64,000 nucleotides of DNA from the sequence record NC_061447.1, one strand, 5' to 3'. The notes under the pieces were generated by a model that worked only from the letters and a program-made list of their open reading frames with translations, ran no database searches and was not told the origin of the DNA. The translations under genes were made by a program, and so were the position numbers. Shown piece after piece: positions 52,806 to 61,912 of the stretch (the first letter of the stretch is position 1; every line of letters starts with the position of its first letter).

Positions 52806-54677
52806 TTAACTGGCGATAGGGTCTTTGTTGACAGGATAATCTTCGGCCATATCGAGCACACGATTGAACAGCTTAGGAGGCATGTCTTTCACATGTTCGG
52901 CATAGTCAAAGAGGTTCTGTTTACGCGCACGGTTCACACGTACCTGACGAACTTCATCAGGGCTATTGGTGATATCGTACAGCGTATAGATGACGATGTT
53001 GTCGGACTGAGAGTGTGTACTGACTTTCAACACAACCCAATCACGATTCAACTTGGCGTCTGCTCTGAACTTGAGCACGTCACCTTCTTCGGCCTCTTGA
53101 GCACGATGATCAGGAGTAGACTTGTTAGCAGCAGCGATTTTCTTCGCTGTCTCTTTCGCTTCCTGGTCGGCAGCGGCAACGTCAGAGTCCGTGTCTTCTT
53201 CTGCGGAGGTTTCGTCTACCGCATCAGAGGTATCAGCGTCCTCTTCTTCTCCATCTTCACCTTCTCCGTCAGCTCCTGTGTCGTCAGAGGTGTCATCATC
53301 CATGGATTCGGAATCATCGTCGGAGGTGTCGTCCCCATCCTCTGCATCATCAGCATTCGGATCGCTATCGTCAGTACCTTCTTCTGCATCAGGGTCCTCC
53401 TCTTCCTCAGAGCCGTCATCTGCTTCTGGATCATCTTCCTCTTCGGTACCATCATCTGCTTCTGGGTCTTCTTCCTCAGCAGGTGCAGTAGCTTTCTTGC
53501 CTTTAGCGCGAACCTTAGGCGGAGGTGTATCTTCCTCATCCTCTTCTGGTTCGTCTATATCAGACAAGTCGAGCGCAGGTTCTTCGTGGTCTGTAGAATC
53601 ATCACCACCAAACAACGAGCCGATAGAATCTTCGATGTTGAAAGCGTCGCCAGCGAACGGACTACGCGACAGGATATCTTCCAGCTTCTGCTCGTCAATA
53701 TCGAGGTCAGTCACTTCTTCGATATCGTCATCGAGAATCTCTTCCTCGATAACCTTAATGCGCTTACCGCGTTTGTCGATACCGTCAGCATAGACAGTAC
53801 GCACTTCGGCTTTAGGTGCCTCGATCTCACCAGACTTAACCTTAGCACGAAGGTCACGCATCTCAGCAGAGCGCTCTTGAGCTTTCTTACGCGCTTCTTT
53901 CTGGAGTTCTTTGCGTTGCTGCTTCTGCTCCAGAATCTTCGCGTTGTTTGCAAGACGTTGCGCTTCTTCCTGTTCCTCTTGAGAACGACGACGCGCCTTG
54001 CGAACGATACGGCGATATGCCTTGACCGTATCAACATCGACAGTGCCTTTCGGCCAGTCATTGATAGGCAGGATGTTAGTGTCATGCACCAGCAGGTCGT
54101 ACTGCGCATCGTCCACTTTCAGGTACATACCATCAGTGTTGACAACGATGCCGCCTTTGCCCTGTCTAAGGAAGCGCACACCAATCATATCGTTTTTGTA
54201 CAGCTTGGTCATACCCTTAGAGGTTTTCACAGGGTATTCAGGGCTTGAAACCATACGCCACTGATAGTTATCAAAGTCGAGGCCATTAACAGCTTCGGCT
54301 TTCACACCACGAGGGCTGAAACGCGCTGCATCAAATTGACTGCGCATCAACTGGCGCTGCAATGTTTTAGCACCAGCAGTTTTAACGCGCTTCCCTTCTG
54401 TGTTTAACACGTCAGGTACCTTGCGCATTTTCGATGCACGTTCCATCAAGAATAGTCCAGTAGACTTATCAAGAGGGAAGTCAACATGGGGCATATCAGG
54501 GAAAATCAGAGTGTAGCGTCCGCCATTACGCAGCGGGAGAATACCGAAGATATCACCTTCACGAATCATGCGTTTATGAGTTCGTTGGGATACTTCTTTT
54601 CCGCGTGAACCTGTATACTTCATCCACGCGTACTTCGATACGGCATCTTGATAGGATGCAGATACGGAAAGTACCAT
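52806..54677 (-). CDS. Hypothetical protein with two copies of the repeated domain, a coiled-coil and an acidic tract
   Basis: Start MVLSVSASY (ATG 54677). WMKYTG...EGDIFGI...DMPHVDFPLD domain, long D/E-rich region, C-terminal beta domain. Confidence 0.8.
   Translation of the reverse strand: MVLSVSASYQDAVSKYAWMKYTGSRGKEVSQRTHKRMIREGDIFGILPLRNGGRYTLIFPDMPHVDFPLDKSTGLFLMERASKMRKVPDVLNTEGKRVKTAGAKTLQRQLMRSQFDAARFSPRGVKAEAVNGLDFDNYQWRMVSSPEYPVKTSKGMTKLYKNDMIGVRFLRQGKGGIVVNTDGMYLKVDDAQYDLLVHDTNILPINDWPKGTVDVDTVKAYRRIVRKARRRSQEEQEEAQRLANNAKILEQKQQRKELQKEARKKAQERSAEMRDLRAKVKSGEIEAPKAEVRTVYADGIDKRGKRIKVIEEEILDDDIEEVTDLDIDEQKLEDILSRSPFAGDAFNIEDSIGSLFGGDDSTDHEEPALDLSDIDEPEEDEEDTPPPKVRAKGKKATAPAEEEDPEADDGTEEEDDPEADDGSEEEEDPDAEEGTDDSDPNADDAEDGDDTSDDDSESMDDDTSDDTGADGEGEDGEEEDADTSDAVDETSAEEDTDSDVAAADQEAKETAKKIAAANKSTPDHRAQEAEEGDVLKFRADAKLNRDWVVLKVSTHSQSDNIVIYTLYDITNSPDEVRQVRVNRARKQNLFDYAEHVKDMPPKLFNRVLDMAEDYPVNKDPIAS
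53385..53480 (-). repeat. About three degenerate 36-nt tandem repeats encoding EE(E/D)DP(E/D)A(D/E)(D/E)G(T/S)
   Basis: Protein EEEDPEADDGT-EEEDDPEADDGS-EEEEDPDAEEGT. DNA repeats CATCTGCTTCTGG. Boundaries approximate. Confidence 0.7.
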
Positions 54678-54710
54678 GTTATTGTCTCTATGTTGTACGA
54701 ACACACGATG

Positions 54711-54718
54711 AAATTAGC
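54711..54718 (-). promoter_or_regulatory. Candidate late-promoter motif GCTAATTT (copy 5)
   Basis: Exact intergenic copy 33 nt upstream of ATG 54677, just after a hairpin. Confidence 0.55.
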
Positions 54719-54728
54719 TTGCGCGAGG

Positions 54729-54751
54729 TAAAGCGGGGATTAACCCCCGCT
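54729..54751 (-). terminator. Terminator-like hairpin overlapping the stop of 54740..58867
   Basis: AGCGGGGG-TTAA-TCCCCGCT followed by a short TTAC tail. Confidence 0.5.
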
Positions 54752-57700
54752 CAAATATCCTCTAGCGGCACACGACATAGAACCGCAAGATTCTTCGCAC
54801 ACAGTAATCTGCGCCCAGGTCCAATAGCCATTAGGCTGCTGGATAGCATACACCACAGAAGGATCGAAGCCCCAGACCTGAGTAGCGTTCTGCAACGCAT
54901 CAAGTTCCGTAGCGAAATAGCCCTCTTCAAGAGGCTTATCAATCGAACCGTGGTTTGGCTCAACCGTCCATGCTTCGACAACAGGAGCTGCAACGCCATA
55001 AGCTGTGCTGGTGGCTTTGCGTGACTTCTGAATCTCAACACGAATAGGTTTAGGGGTAACAGGATTACCCGCCTGACGAGCAACAGAAATGACAGTGCTT
55101 GTATTGACCTGACGTGCGCCCAACTCTTCCGTCTTACCAGACTGGCTGGTCTTAATGAACTGACCTTCAATCAGGTGACGATAAGAAACTGGATTCGCTG
55201 TAACCTCAGGACCAAATGCAGGCAGTCTATCTGCGGCTTGTCTTTGCTGATACCATTCGCTCTCCGCACTGTCTATGTGATAAATCACAGAAGGTTTCGA
55301 GTGCTCTGCCTCTGCTGGTGCCATGTGATATATAGGCGCGATAGGCAGACGACGAACGTAAGGAATCTCAGGCAAGAACAGAATCGCTGGGTGATAGATA
55401 GGGTCAACATATCGCGGAGCCATAGCATCCGCTTTATAGGAGACCGAAGCTGGAACCCATTGAGGCTGCGACCAACCGACATGATACGTTGTGCCTGGAG
55501 GAACGTAACGTGCTTCTGTCATTTCCTGAGCAAACACGCCGCCAGTTGAGGCCTGACGTGGCGCAGACGCATCTGCTTTATTGAGGCCAAGTCCTTGCAC
55601 GTAACGCGCACGACTAGCATCAGCAGGGTAAACGCCTTTCACCTGCGCAAACTTCGGCAGAATCTGATCAGACTTGGCTTTAATGCCCGTACGATACTCA
55701 GGACTACGCAAATCGAAATACTGAGGCGCGTCATCCAGATGTTCGATGAAGTTGTTGATGAACGTGTCACTAACAACATACAGTGCTTCGGTGAAGTCTG
55801 GCCAGAACGTGTCCGACACAACATCTGCACCAACCACAGCCTCGAACAGAGGGAACTCGGCAACAGTATCAACTTGGCCTTGAGTAAGCTCAAACAGAGG
55901 GAATGTGTCCGCTGCTACGCTTTCTGTTTTATCGACAAATGCAGGCAGAGGCATCGCTTCGATAACGTCTTTCTGTCCTTGCGTAAGCTCGAACAAATCA
56001 AATTTATCGATCACGATATCAGACTGAGCGATCAGGTCGAACATGCGGAAGTTATCCACGAAGTCCTTATGACCTGTGTCGAACTGAGGACCGGCGATGA
56101 TTTGCTTGTCTACAGTAGGACCTGCATCAACAGTACGTCCAGTCGAATCACCAACGTGTGTCTGTGCATCGGAGAAGTCCAGCCACTTGAGTTGTTCATC
56201 AAGCTCTGGGTTATACACAGGCGTAACGAGAACAACAGAACTGCCAGCAGCACTGTAGGTCTTCGCATCGACTGAGGTGACGGCCTCGCGCACAGCATCA
56301 AAGTGTGTTACGCTAAACAGTGTCACTGCACTATCAGCATAAGCAGTGTACGACGGATCGACCGTCATATCATACAGCCAGCCGAACGGTGCATTACCAA
56401 ACATCAGAGTATGAGGTTGGTTGTGCGACGGCAGGCCATAGATCTTGAGCATCGTGTCTGCGCATTCAAACGGACCGATGACGAGACCCTGTTCTTTGTA
56501 CACACCGCGCGAATCAAGCTCCTGTTCGACACGCACACCATCAACATCCAGCAGCATACCTGCGGGCACAGTGATGTACGTCCAGAAGTTATCTGGGATG
56601 TTATCGACGAACAACGTACCACTATCGCCCATAACATAACGCTCTGCGCGTTTAGTCGGAGCAGCAGTACCTAACCACTGAGCATCAGCCCACACGTACC
56701 ACTCGTAGTTATACTGGTCGGAGTGGAATTTAATCGTGTACTGCTTATTCTCTGTAGGAGTGAACTTAATGCTGGTGGTCCCACCAACAGGCAGTGTGAC
56801 TGTCTGACCACCCTGTGCAAACTGCGCATCAGTCGTGTCGATTGTCAGAGTGAGTGGGATTGTGCCTGTGTTCGTAAACACATCCGACTGCACCTGCTTA
56901 CCGACGGGCATGTATGCCCAATGACGGCCGACGTCAATCTGCGCCTCAACAATCGTATACAGACCAAAGCGAGAAGTGCCTTGACCAACATCAACGTCAA
57001 TGCGTGTTGTGTCGTTCTCATGCAGAATGCTGAAACCGAGCTTTTGATTGTTGCGAATGAAGACAGGCATTGCTGTCTCAGTGCCATCGACAAAAATCTT
57101 AACGCGGCTGTAGTCTTCTACACCATCCACCAGCACACTAACAGGAACGGAAACGTTGATGCCACTAATAGTGATATCTTCGGTGCGGTTCCATGTATCG
57201 TTATCAATGCCCAGAATGTTCTGCCATGAAAAAGCATTCGGCGTATCGTCAGCTTTCATCTCGAACTGATAAACAGATCGACCGATGGAGATCGGGAATG
57301 ATGTGCTGGTGATGTACGCGTGACTGAGTGAGATAGTGACCTCTTGGCCATCATACACTTTAGTCACAGGCACGGTTGTTGTGTGCTCTACGCCATCTTC
57401 GTCTACAGTCGTTTCTTCAATCGTGGCAGCAACAGTAACACCAGCAGGTGCAGTGATAGGCAGTCCGATATCAGGGTCGCCTGCATCGACAACAACCTTG
57501 AATGTTACTGACGGTCCTAAGTTAACAGCACTCAGGTCAGGCATGTTCACGGTGTAGTCACGAATAGCGAGATGTTTCAGGCCAGTCGTTGGACGCGCGG
57601 TGTAATAGAACAGACGGTCATACGTATCGTCCTGAGTATATGGAGGTGTCAGGAGTTCAATGTACGGCCAGCCACCACGCGTTTGCACAGGACTGTCTGA

Positions 57701-58867
57701 GGATGCGAAATCGAACAGCGCATTACTGCCGTTCGTGTCCATACCAGCAACGAGCTTGCCACCTTTTGCAGACCATGCAGCAGTCGTGTTAAACACAACG
57801 AGGTCATTGGCTACGAGCGGACGTGCTGCAACGTTCTGGACGTTATCGCGTAGGTTGAACTGATAGACATTAGTACCATCGTGACCGAAGACGAGCAGAG
57901 AACTCGGAACGAACTGATACCAGAAGACGTTTGCAGATGCGGCAGCAGTATTACCACCCACCAGCTTACCGTCGAGTGTTGACAGCACATCGTAACTGTC
58001 TGAACCGTTAACGTAGAAACGATCTGACTTAACTGACGTTTCAACGAACGAGGCATTCAGGTAGTGCGCACGACCATCTAGGTCAAATGCAACGTAGCTA
58101 TCAACTGTGTTTGTACCAACGCCAGCACGACGACACACAACACGGTTAACTTTATAGCCGAGTTGTTTAGGCTCACCGAACTGCGTCATCGCTTCATCAA
58201 GCACGTCTACTCGGCCAGACGTGTGGAATACGACGGCGCTGCGTTTGCCTGCCGAGTCGTAACTGACTTTGTAGCCTGCGATATCAACGTCGTACATGCC
58301 ACCGAAGATTTTCGTATTCGATACGGCACCGTCTGTGTGGATGTAATAAAGAGCACGAGCCACACGGTCATAGACGATTGATACAGGCTTGGTTAAATCG
58401 AAGAACGTGGATTCAAAGTCCGAGAACTTCGCAACGGCCGATTGCTGCATGTCCTGCACTGTAGGTATGCGTACCCCGCCACCCAGCACAAGACCGCCAT
58501 AGGTAGGATTGACAGTAGCGCCATTAGGAAGCGCGTCCATACCTTTGACAACAAGACGATAGTCCAGCTCTTTCGTTTGTGGCGTAACGAAGATGCGAGA
58601 CAGTGAATGCGCAAGCACCCACAGGTCACCGTCTTTGTAATACAGCAAAACAGATTGCGTGGCAGAAGCAGCTACAGCGATGTTAGCCATAAGACTAACT
58701 GCGTAGTCTGAACCAGAACTCGGCGAGATATCCTTTTCAGTAGTTGCATCGTCGAACGTACCGCCTACTACGCGAAACGTTAGCGCATCAGTGTGGCCTT
58801 GAACAGTGATACTGCCCGACCAAGACTGTGCACCAGTAGCCGACACAACAGGAATCATTTCAGCCAT
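54740..58867 (-). CDS. Large virion fibre/structural protein (1375 aa)
   Basis: GAGGTG RBS, beta-propeller-like N-part, DDTPNAFSW...SEDITISGINV Ig-like units, periodic C-terminal repeats. Confidence 0.75.
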   Translation of the reverse strand: MAEMIPVVSATGAQSWSGSITVQGHTDALTFRVVGGTFDDATTEKDISPSSGSDYAVSLMANIAVAASATQSVLLYYKDGDLWVLAHSLSRIFVTPQTKELDYRLVVKGMDALPNGATVNPTYGGLVLGGGVRIPTVQDMQQSAVAKFSDFESTFFDLTKPVSIVYDRVARALYYIHTDGAVSNTKIFGGMYDVDIAGYKVSYDSAGKRSAVVFHTSGRVDVLDEAMTQFGEPKQLGYKVNRVVCRRAGVGTNTVDSYVAFDLDGRAHYLNASFVETSVKSDRFYVNGSDSYDVLSTLDGKLVGGNTAAASANVFWYQFVPSSLLVFGHDGTNVYQFNLRDNVQNVAARPLVANDLVVFNTTAAWSAKGGKLVAGMDTNGSNALFDFASSDSPVQTRGGWPYIELLTPPYTQDDTYDRLFYYTARPTTGLKHLAIRDYTVNMPDLSAVNLGPSVTFKVVVDAGDPDIGLPITAPAGVTVAATIEETTVDEDGVEHTTTVPVTKVYDGQEVTISLSHAYITSTSFPISIGRSVYQFEMKADDTPNAFSWQNILGIDNDTWNRTEDITISGINVSVPVSVLVDGVEDYSRVKIFVDGTETAMPVFIRNNQKLGFSILHENDTTRIDVDVGQGTSRFGLYTIVEAQIDVGRHWAYMPVGKQVQSDVFTNTGTIPLTLTIDTTDAQFAQGGQTVTLPVGGTTSIKFTPTENKQYTIKFHSDQYNYEWYVWADAQWLGTAAPTKRAERYVMGDSGTLFVDNIPDNFWTYITVPAGMLLDVDGVRVEQELDSRGVYKEQGLVIGPFECADTMLKIYGLPSHNQPHTLMFGNAPFGWLYDMTVDPSYTAYADSAVTLFSVTHFDAVREAVTSVDAKTYSAAGSSVVLVTPVYNPELDEQLKWLDFSDAQTHVGDSTGRTVDAGPTVDKQIIAGPQFDTGHKDFVDNFRMFDLIAQSDIVIDKFDLFELTQGQKDVIEAMPLPAFVDKTESVAADTFPLFELTQGQVDTVAEFPLFEAVVGADVVSDTFWPDFTEALYVVSDTFINNFIEHLDDAPQYFDLRSPEYRTGIKAKSDQILPKFAQVKGVYPADASRARYVQGLGLNKADASAPRQASTGGVFAQEMTEARYVPPGTTYHVGWSQPQWVPASVSYKADAMAPRYVDPIYHPAILFLPEIPYVRRLPIAPIYHMAPAEAEHSKPSVIYHIDSAESEWYQQRQAADRLPAFGPEVTANPVSYRHLIEGQFIKTSQSGKTEELGARQVNTSTVISVARQAGNPVTPKPIRVEIQKSRKATSTAYGVAAPVVEAWTVEPNHGSIDKPLEEGYFATELDALQNATQVWGFDPSVVYAIQQPNGYWTWAQITVCEESCGSMSCAARGYLSGG

Positions 58868-58891
58868 TGTTCACCTCACGAAACAGAAACT

Positions 58892-58914
58892 AAAAAGGGC
58901 GCCCGAAGGCACCC
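58892..58914 (-). terminator. Rho-independent terminator
   Basis: GGGTGCC-TTCG-GGCGCCC followed by TTTTT. Confidence 0.85.
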
Positions 58915-58922
58915 TGTGAGGA

Positions 58923-60104
58923 TTAGGCTCCGGCGCCTTCTGGGGCTTTATAGCCTTGCAGCAGGAAGATACGCATACCTGTGTTGTTCGGACTGTTAGC
59001 AGTCAGAGCTTTGTAGGTACGTTTCTTCGGAGTGCTACCGTCGTCTTCTTTCTCGTTGTACACCTGAACATCAATCAGGGTACCGTTCGAGATAACGTCA
59101 GCAGACGCGTAACCAACCATATCCATTTCATATGGGTAGCTGTAACGCTGCGTGTTGAAACCTGCAGGCAGACGGAAGTCGAAGTGATTATCTTCGGAGA
59201 ACGGAACCATCTGGTACGGGTTAAGAACAGCAGAGCTATCAGCACTGTGGATATGCGCTGGCGCTGGAACAGTCGGGGCGTTCACGTCAGCTTCACGCAC
59301 GGTAAAGCGCATGATCTGATATGAGCCTGGGCTATTCGGAACAGGACGCACTTCGTCGTTGTTGTTCATGGAGCCGCCGCCGTTCACAGAGAACATGCAG
59401 AACAGTGGAGCTTTACCATCAACCACAACAGTACCATCAGAGTTGATAGCACGTTGAACTACGAGCCACGCACCGCGGCAGCCATCGGAGTCACGGCCTT
59501 CAACCTGAATGTGAATCGCAACGCCGTGATCAGACAGAGCGATGTGATACGTGAACGGAGTTGCTTCCGGGTCAGCGAACACAAGACTGTCAGGGCTGGT
59601 CTGCGCGGTAGGCTGAGTAGTGGCTGGTGGATAAGCCATCGTACCGCCGTAGTACGTAGTGTTACCCTGGTTCACGATGCCGCGATGCCAGAAGTACACT
59701 TCGTTATCACCTGATGCTGGGTTGAGCTGTGAGTTAGTCGAACGACCACCAATCTGACCAGCGTATTCACTGATAGTGGAAGAGCCGAGTGTAATGGCTC
59801 CAATCTTAGAGATGGTTCCAGTGTCAGAGATCTGCTCAGGTGCAGCACAGAAAAGCTGAGTGCGCTTCTCGGTGCCTTTCATCGCCAGACGCCAGCGCTG
59901 TTGACCTGCACCAGTGCCAGAGATTGGGTCGATAGTGCTTGTCGCTTCGATAACGAAAGACGCAAGGTCAGTCGAAGGGATAGAAGAAGCGATAGTACCG
60001 TTCACGCTCACCAGCTTGAAGCCGTTATCAACCAGATCCTGCAGGATTGATTTCCACATTTTCAGGTTGCTGGTGAAGCCGGATTTCACGATCAGTTTGT
60101 TCAT
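58923..60104 (-). CDS. Virion structural protein, paralogue of 60123..61109
   Basis: Shares P(F/L)TY....DHG(V/I)A(I/L)HI..EG.D..G....W.VVQR...PLF..FS..GGG and Y..(M/L)DM.GY.SADV.S motifs. Highly biased codons. Confidence 0.8.
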   Translation of the reverse strand: MNKLIVKSGFTSNLKMWKSILQDLVDNGFKLVSVNGTIASSIPSTDLASFVIEATSTIDPISGTGAGQQRWRLAMKGTEKRTQLFCAAPEQISDTGTISKIGAITLGSSTISEYAGQIGGRSTNSQLNPASGDNEVYFWHRGIVNQGNTTYYGGTMAYPPATTQPTAQTSPDSLVFADPEATPFTYHIALSDHGVAIHIQVEGRDSDGCRGAWLVVQRAINSDGTVVVDGKAPLFCMFSVNGGGSMNNNDEVRPVPNSPGSYQIMRFTVREADVNAPTVPAPAHIHSADSSAVLNPYQMVPFSEDNHFDFRLPAGFNTQRYSYPYEMDMVGYASADVISNGTLIDVQVYNEKEDDGSTPKKRTYKALTANSPNNTGMRIFLLQGYKAPEGAGA

Positions 60105-60122
60105 GAGTTGTTATCCCCTTAA

Positions 60123-61109
60123 TTAAGCCGCGCTGCCTGTGCCGATAGGAAGCATCAGACGCATACCACGGTTGTCTTTACCGTTCGCGTTCATGCCCAG
60201 GTATTTGGTTTTGTTTGCTTGTTTCAGAGGGTTCAACTCTACTTCCGAACCAGCAGACAGAACGTCGGCAGAAGTATAGCCCAGCATGTCCAGTGTAGCG
60301 AAGTACACGTAACGCTGAGTGTTGATCATCTGTGGGAACAGAACGATAGCACGGTTCCCCTCTGCGATCATAACCTGCTGGAGCGGGTTGATGATTGGCG
60401 CAGAGTCAGGAGTAGGCTGCACGGCAGACACAGGAAGAGTAGCAGAGAAAATGCCGTCTTCGATTACTGTGTAGCGCAGAGCCGCTTCTGGTTTGATGGT
60501 ATCGGGGTCGCCAGCAAGACCGCCGCCGCAGGAGAAGATAGCGAACAGTGGGCTATGATCGCCAGGAGTGGTATCACCTGTCTGAACGCCACGCTGAACA
60601 ACGAACCAGCTAAACGCTGTGCCTTTGTTGTCGAAGCCTTCTGCGTTGATGTGCAGAGCGATGCCGTGATCGGTAGTGATGAAGTCATACGTCAGCGGGT
60701 ATGCGGACATATCAGCGGCTGCGTCCATCTTCCAGTCATTGACCAGATCGATGAAGAAGTTAGCAACCAGACCACCTTTAGACATACGGCCTACTTCTTC
60801 GGTAGCAGAGCGTTTGGCCGCAGTGTAGTCGGTGCTGTTTACCTGGTTGTCAGGCAGCACGTTCACGCTAAGAGTTTTAGCGGTGTTGTCAGCAGAGAGG
60901 ATGATACCCCACTTTTGGTTCTGATAGAGCGGGTCTACTGAGGCAGAAGCCAGCAGATAGAAAGTCTTACCAGAAGGTGTTACGGTAGATCCAGCAGTGC
61001 CGTCAACAGCAACAAGCGAGAAGCCCGCTGTAATCATTTTGCCTACAAGATCGCGGGTCAGTGCTTCCAGACCTACGAGCTTAGTGGCATTTACACGTTG
61101 AATAGCCAT
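60123..61109 (-). CDS. Virion structural protein, paralogue of 58923..60104
   Basis: Same shared motifs, highly biased codon usage. Confidence 0.8.
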   Translation of the reverse strand: MAIQRVNATKLVGLEALTRDLVGKMITAGFSLVAVDGTAGSTVTPSGKTFYLLASASVDPLYQNQKWGIILSADNTAKTLSVNVLPDNQVNSTDYTAAKRSATEEVGRMSKGGLVANFFIDLVNDWKMDAAADMSAYPLTYDFITTDHGIALHINAEGFDNKGTAFSWFVVQRGVQTGDTTPGDHSPLFAIFSCGGGLAGDPDTIKPEAALRYTVIEDGIFSATLPVSAVQPTPDSAPIINPLQQVMIAEGNRAIVLFPQMINTQRYVYFATLDMLGYTSADVLSAGSEVELNPLKQANKTKYLGMNANGKDNRGMRLMLPIGTGSAA

Positions 61110-61116
61110 ATGGTGA

Positions 61117-61902
61117 TCACTCCATTACCAGATAGGTTACAGTGAGTTTTGGTTTCGACGGCGATGTGCCGATATTCTTCATACGCCATGCGATTGTCGG
61201 CGTGTTATCCTTATTGGACAAGAAGCTATATCGACGGAGCTTACGGACTAGTGGATTGCCTTCGCTATCCACGTCAGTAAACACACCATCATCTTCGAGA
61301 AAATTAGCAGTGGAACGGAATATATACGGGTTTCTGTCATCACGCAGTGAACTTTGATATGCGGTAAGTTCCACGTCAAAAGCGTTGAGCTTAACAGAAA
61401 GCAGCATAACCGTTTTATTCATTGCCAGATCGAAGTCGAGATGTTGGCCTGGGGTAATGTAGTCGGCGGCTTCGTACTCTACGGTCTTACGCACACCAGC
61501 CTGTTCATTACCACTCATATCAACCCAGAACATCGTACCGTTAGCACCAGACATGAGGGTCATACCCGCATACTGAGGCTCAGGCACCTGTTTACTTGGG
61601 TCGAGGCCTACAACTGTCAGACCTGTTTCATCCACAGCAGTAACGAAAGGCGACTCGAACTTGTAGTTAGAGCCACCGAATTTCGCTTCTTCCCACGTCA
61701 CGTTATCCGCACCAAGTTGATACATCTTCTTGGTCTCAGTGACGTAACACAACATCCCAGGCTTTTTATTACCTACGGACATAATGTCACGATCATTGAG
61801 CGTCGGCAGACAGCGCATACCCCCTCGAAGATATTTATCCTCAAGGAGGTATGGGAGTGCTGCGGATGCGGGCAACAGGAACGAAGTCATGTTAACCGGC
61901 AT
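61117..61902 (-). CDS. Virion structural protein (261 aa)
   Basis: N-terminal LRGGMRCLPTLNDRDIM....KPGMLCYV motif is common in phage fibre-attached proteins. AAGGAG RBS. Confidence 0.7.
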   Translation of the reverse strand: MPVNMTSFLLPASAALPYLLEDKYLRGGMRCLPTLNDRDIMSVGNKKPGMLCYVTETKKMYQLGADNVTWEEAKFGGSNYKFESPFVTAVDETGLTVVGLDPSKQVPEPQYAGMTLMSGANGTMFWVDMSGNEQAGVRKTVEYEAADYITPGQHLDFDLAMNKTVMLLSVKLNAFDVELTAYQSSLRDDRNPYIFRSTANFLEDDGVFTDVDSEGNPLVRKLRRYSFLSNKDNTPTIAWRMKNIGTSPSKPKLTVTYLVME

Positions 61903-61912
61903 CCTATTCTCC

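Noticed and set aside
4597-61308. Additional GCTAATTT copies at 4597-4604 and 61301-61308
   Set aside because: Both are inside coding sequence (Ala-Asn-Leu/Phe codons) and compatible with chance. They could be internal promoters but are not supported.
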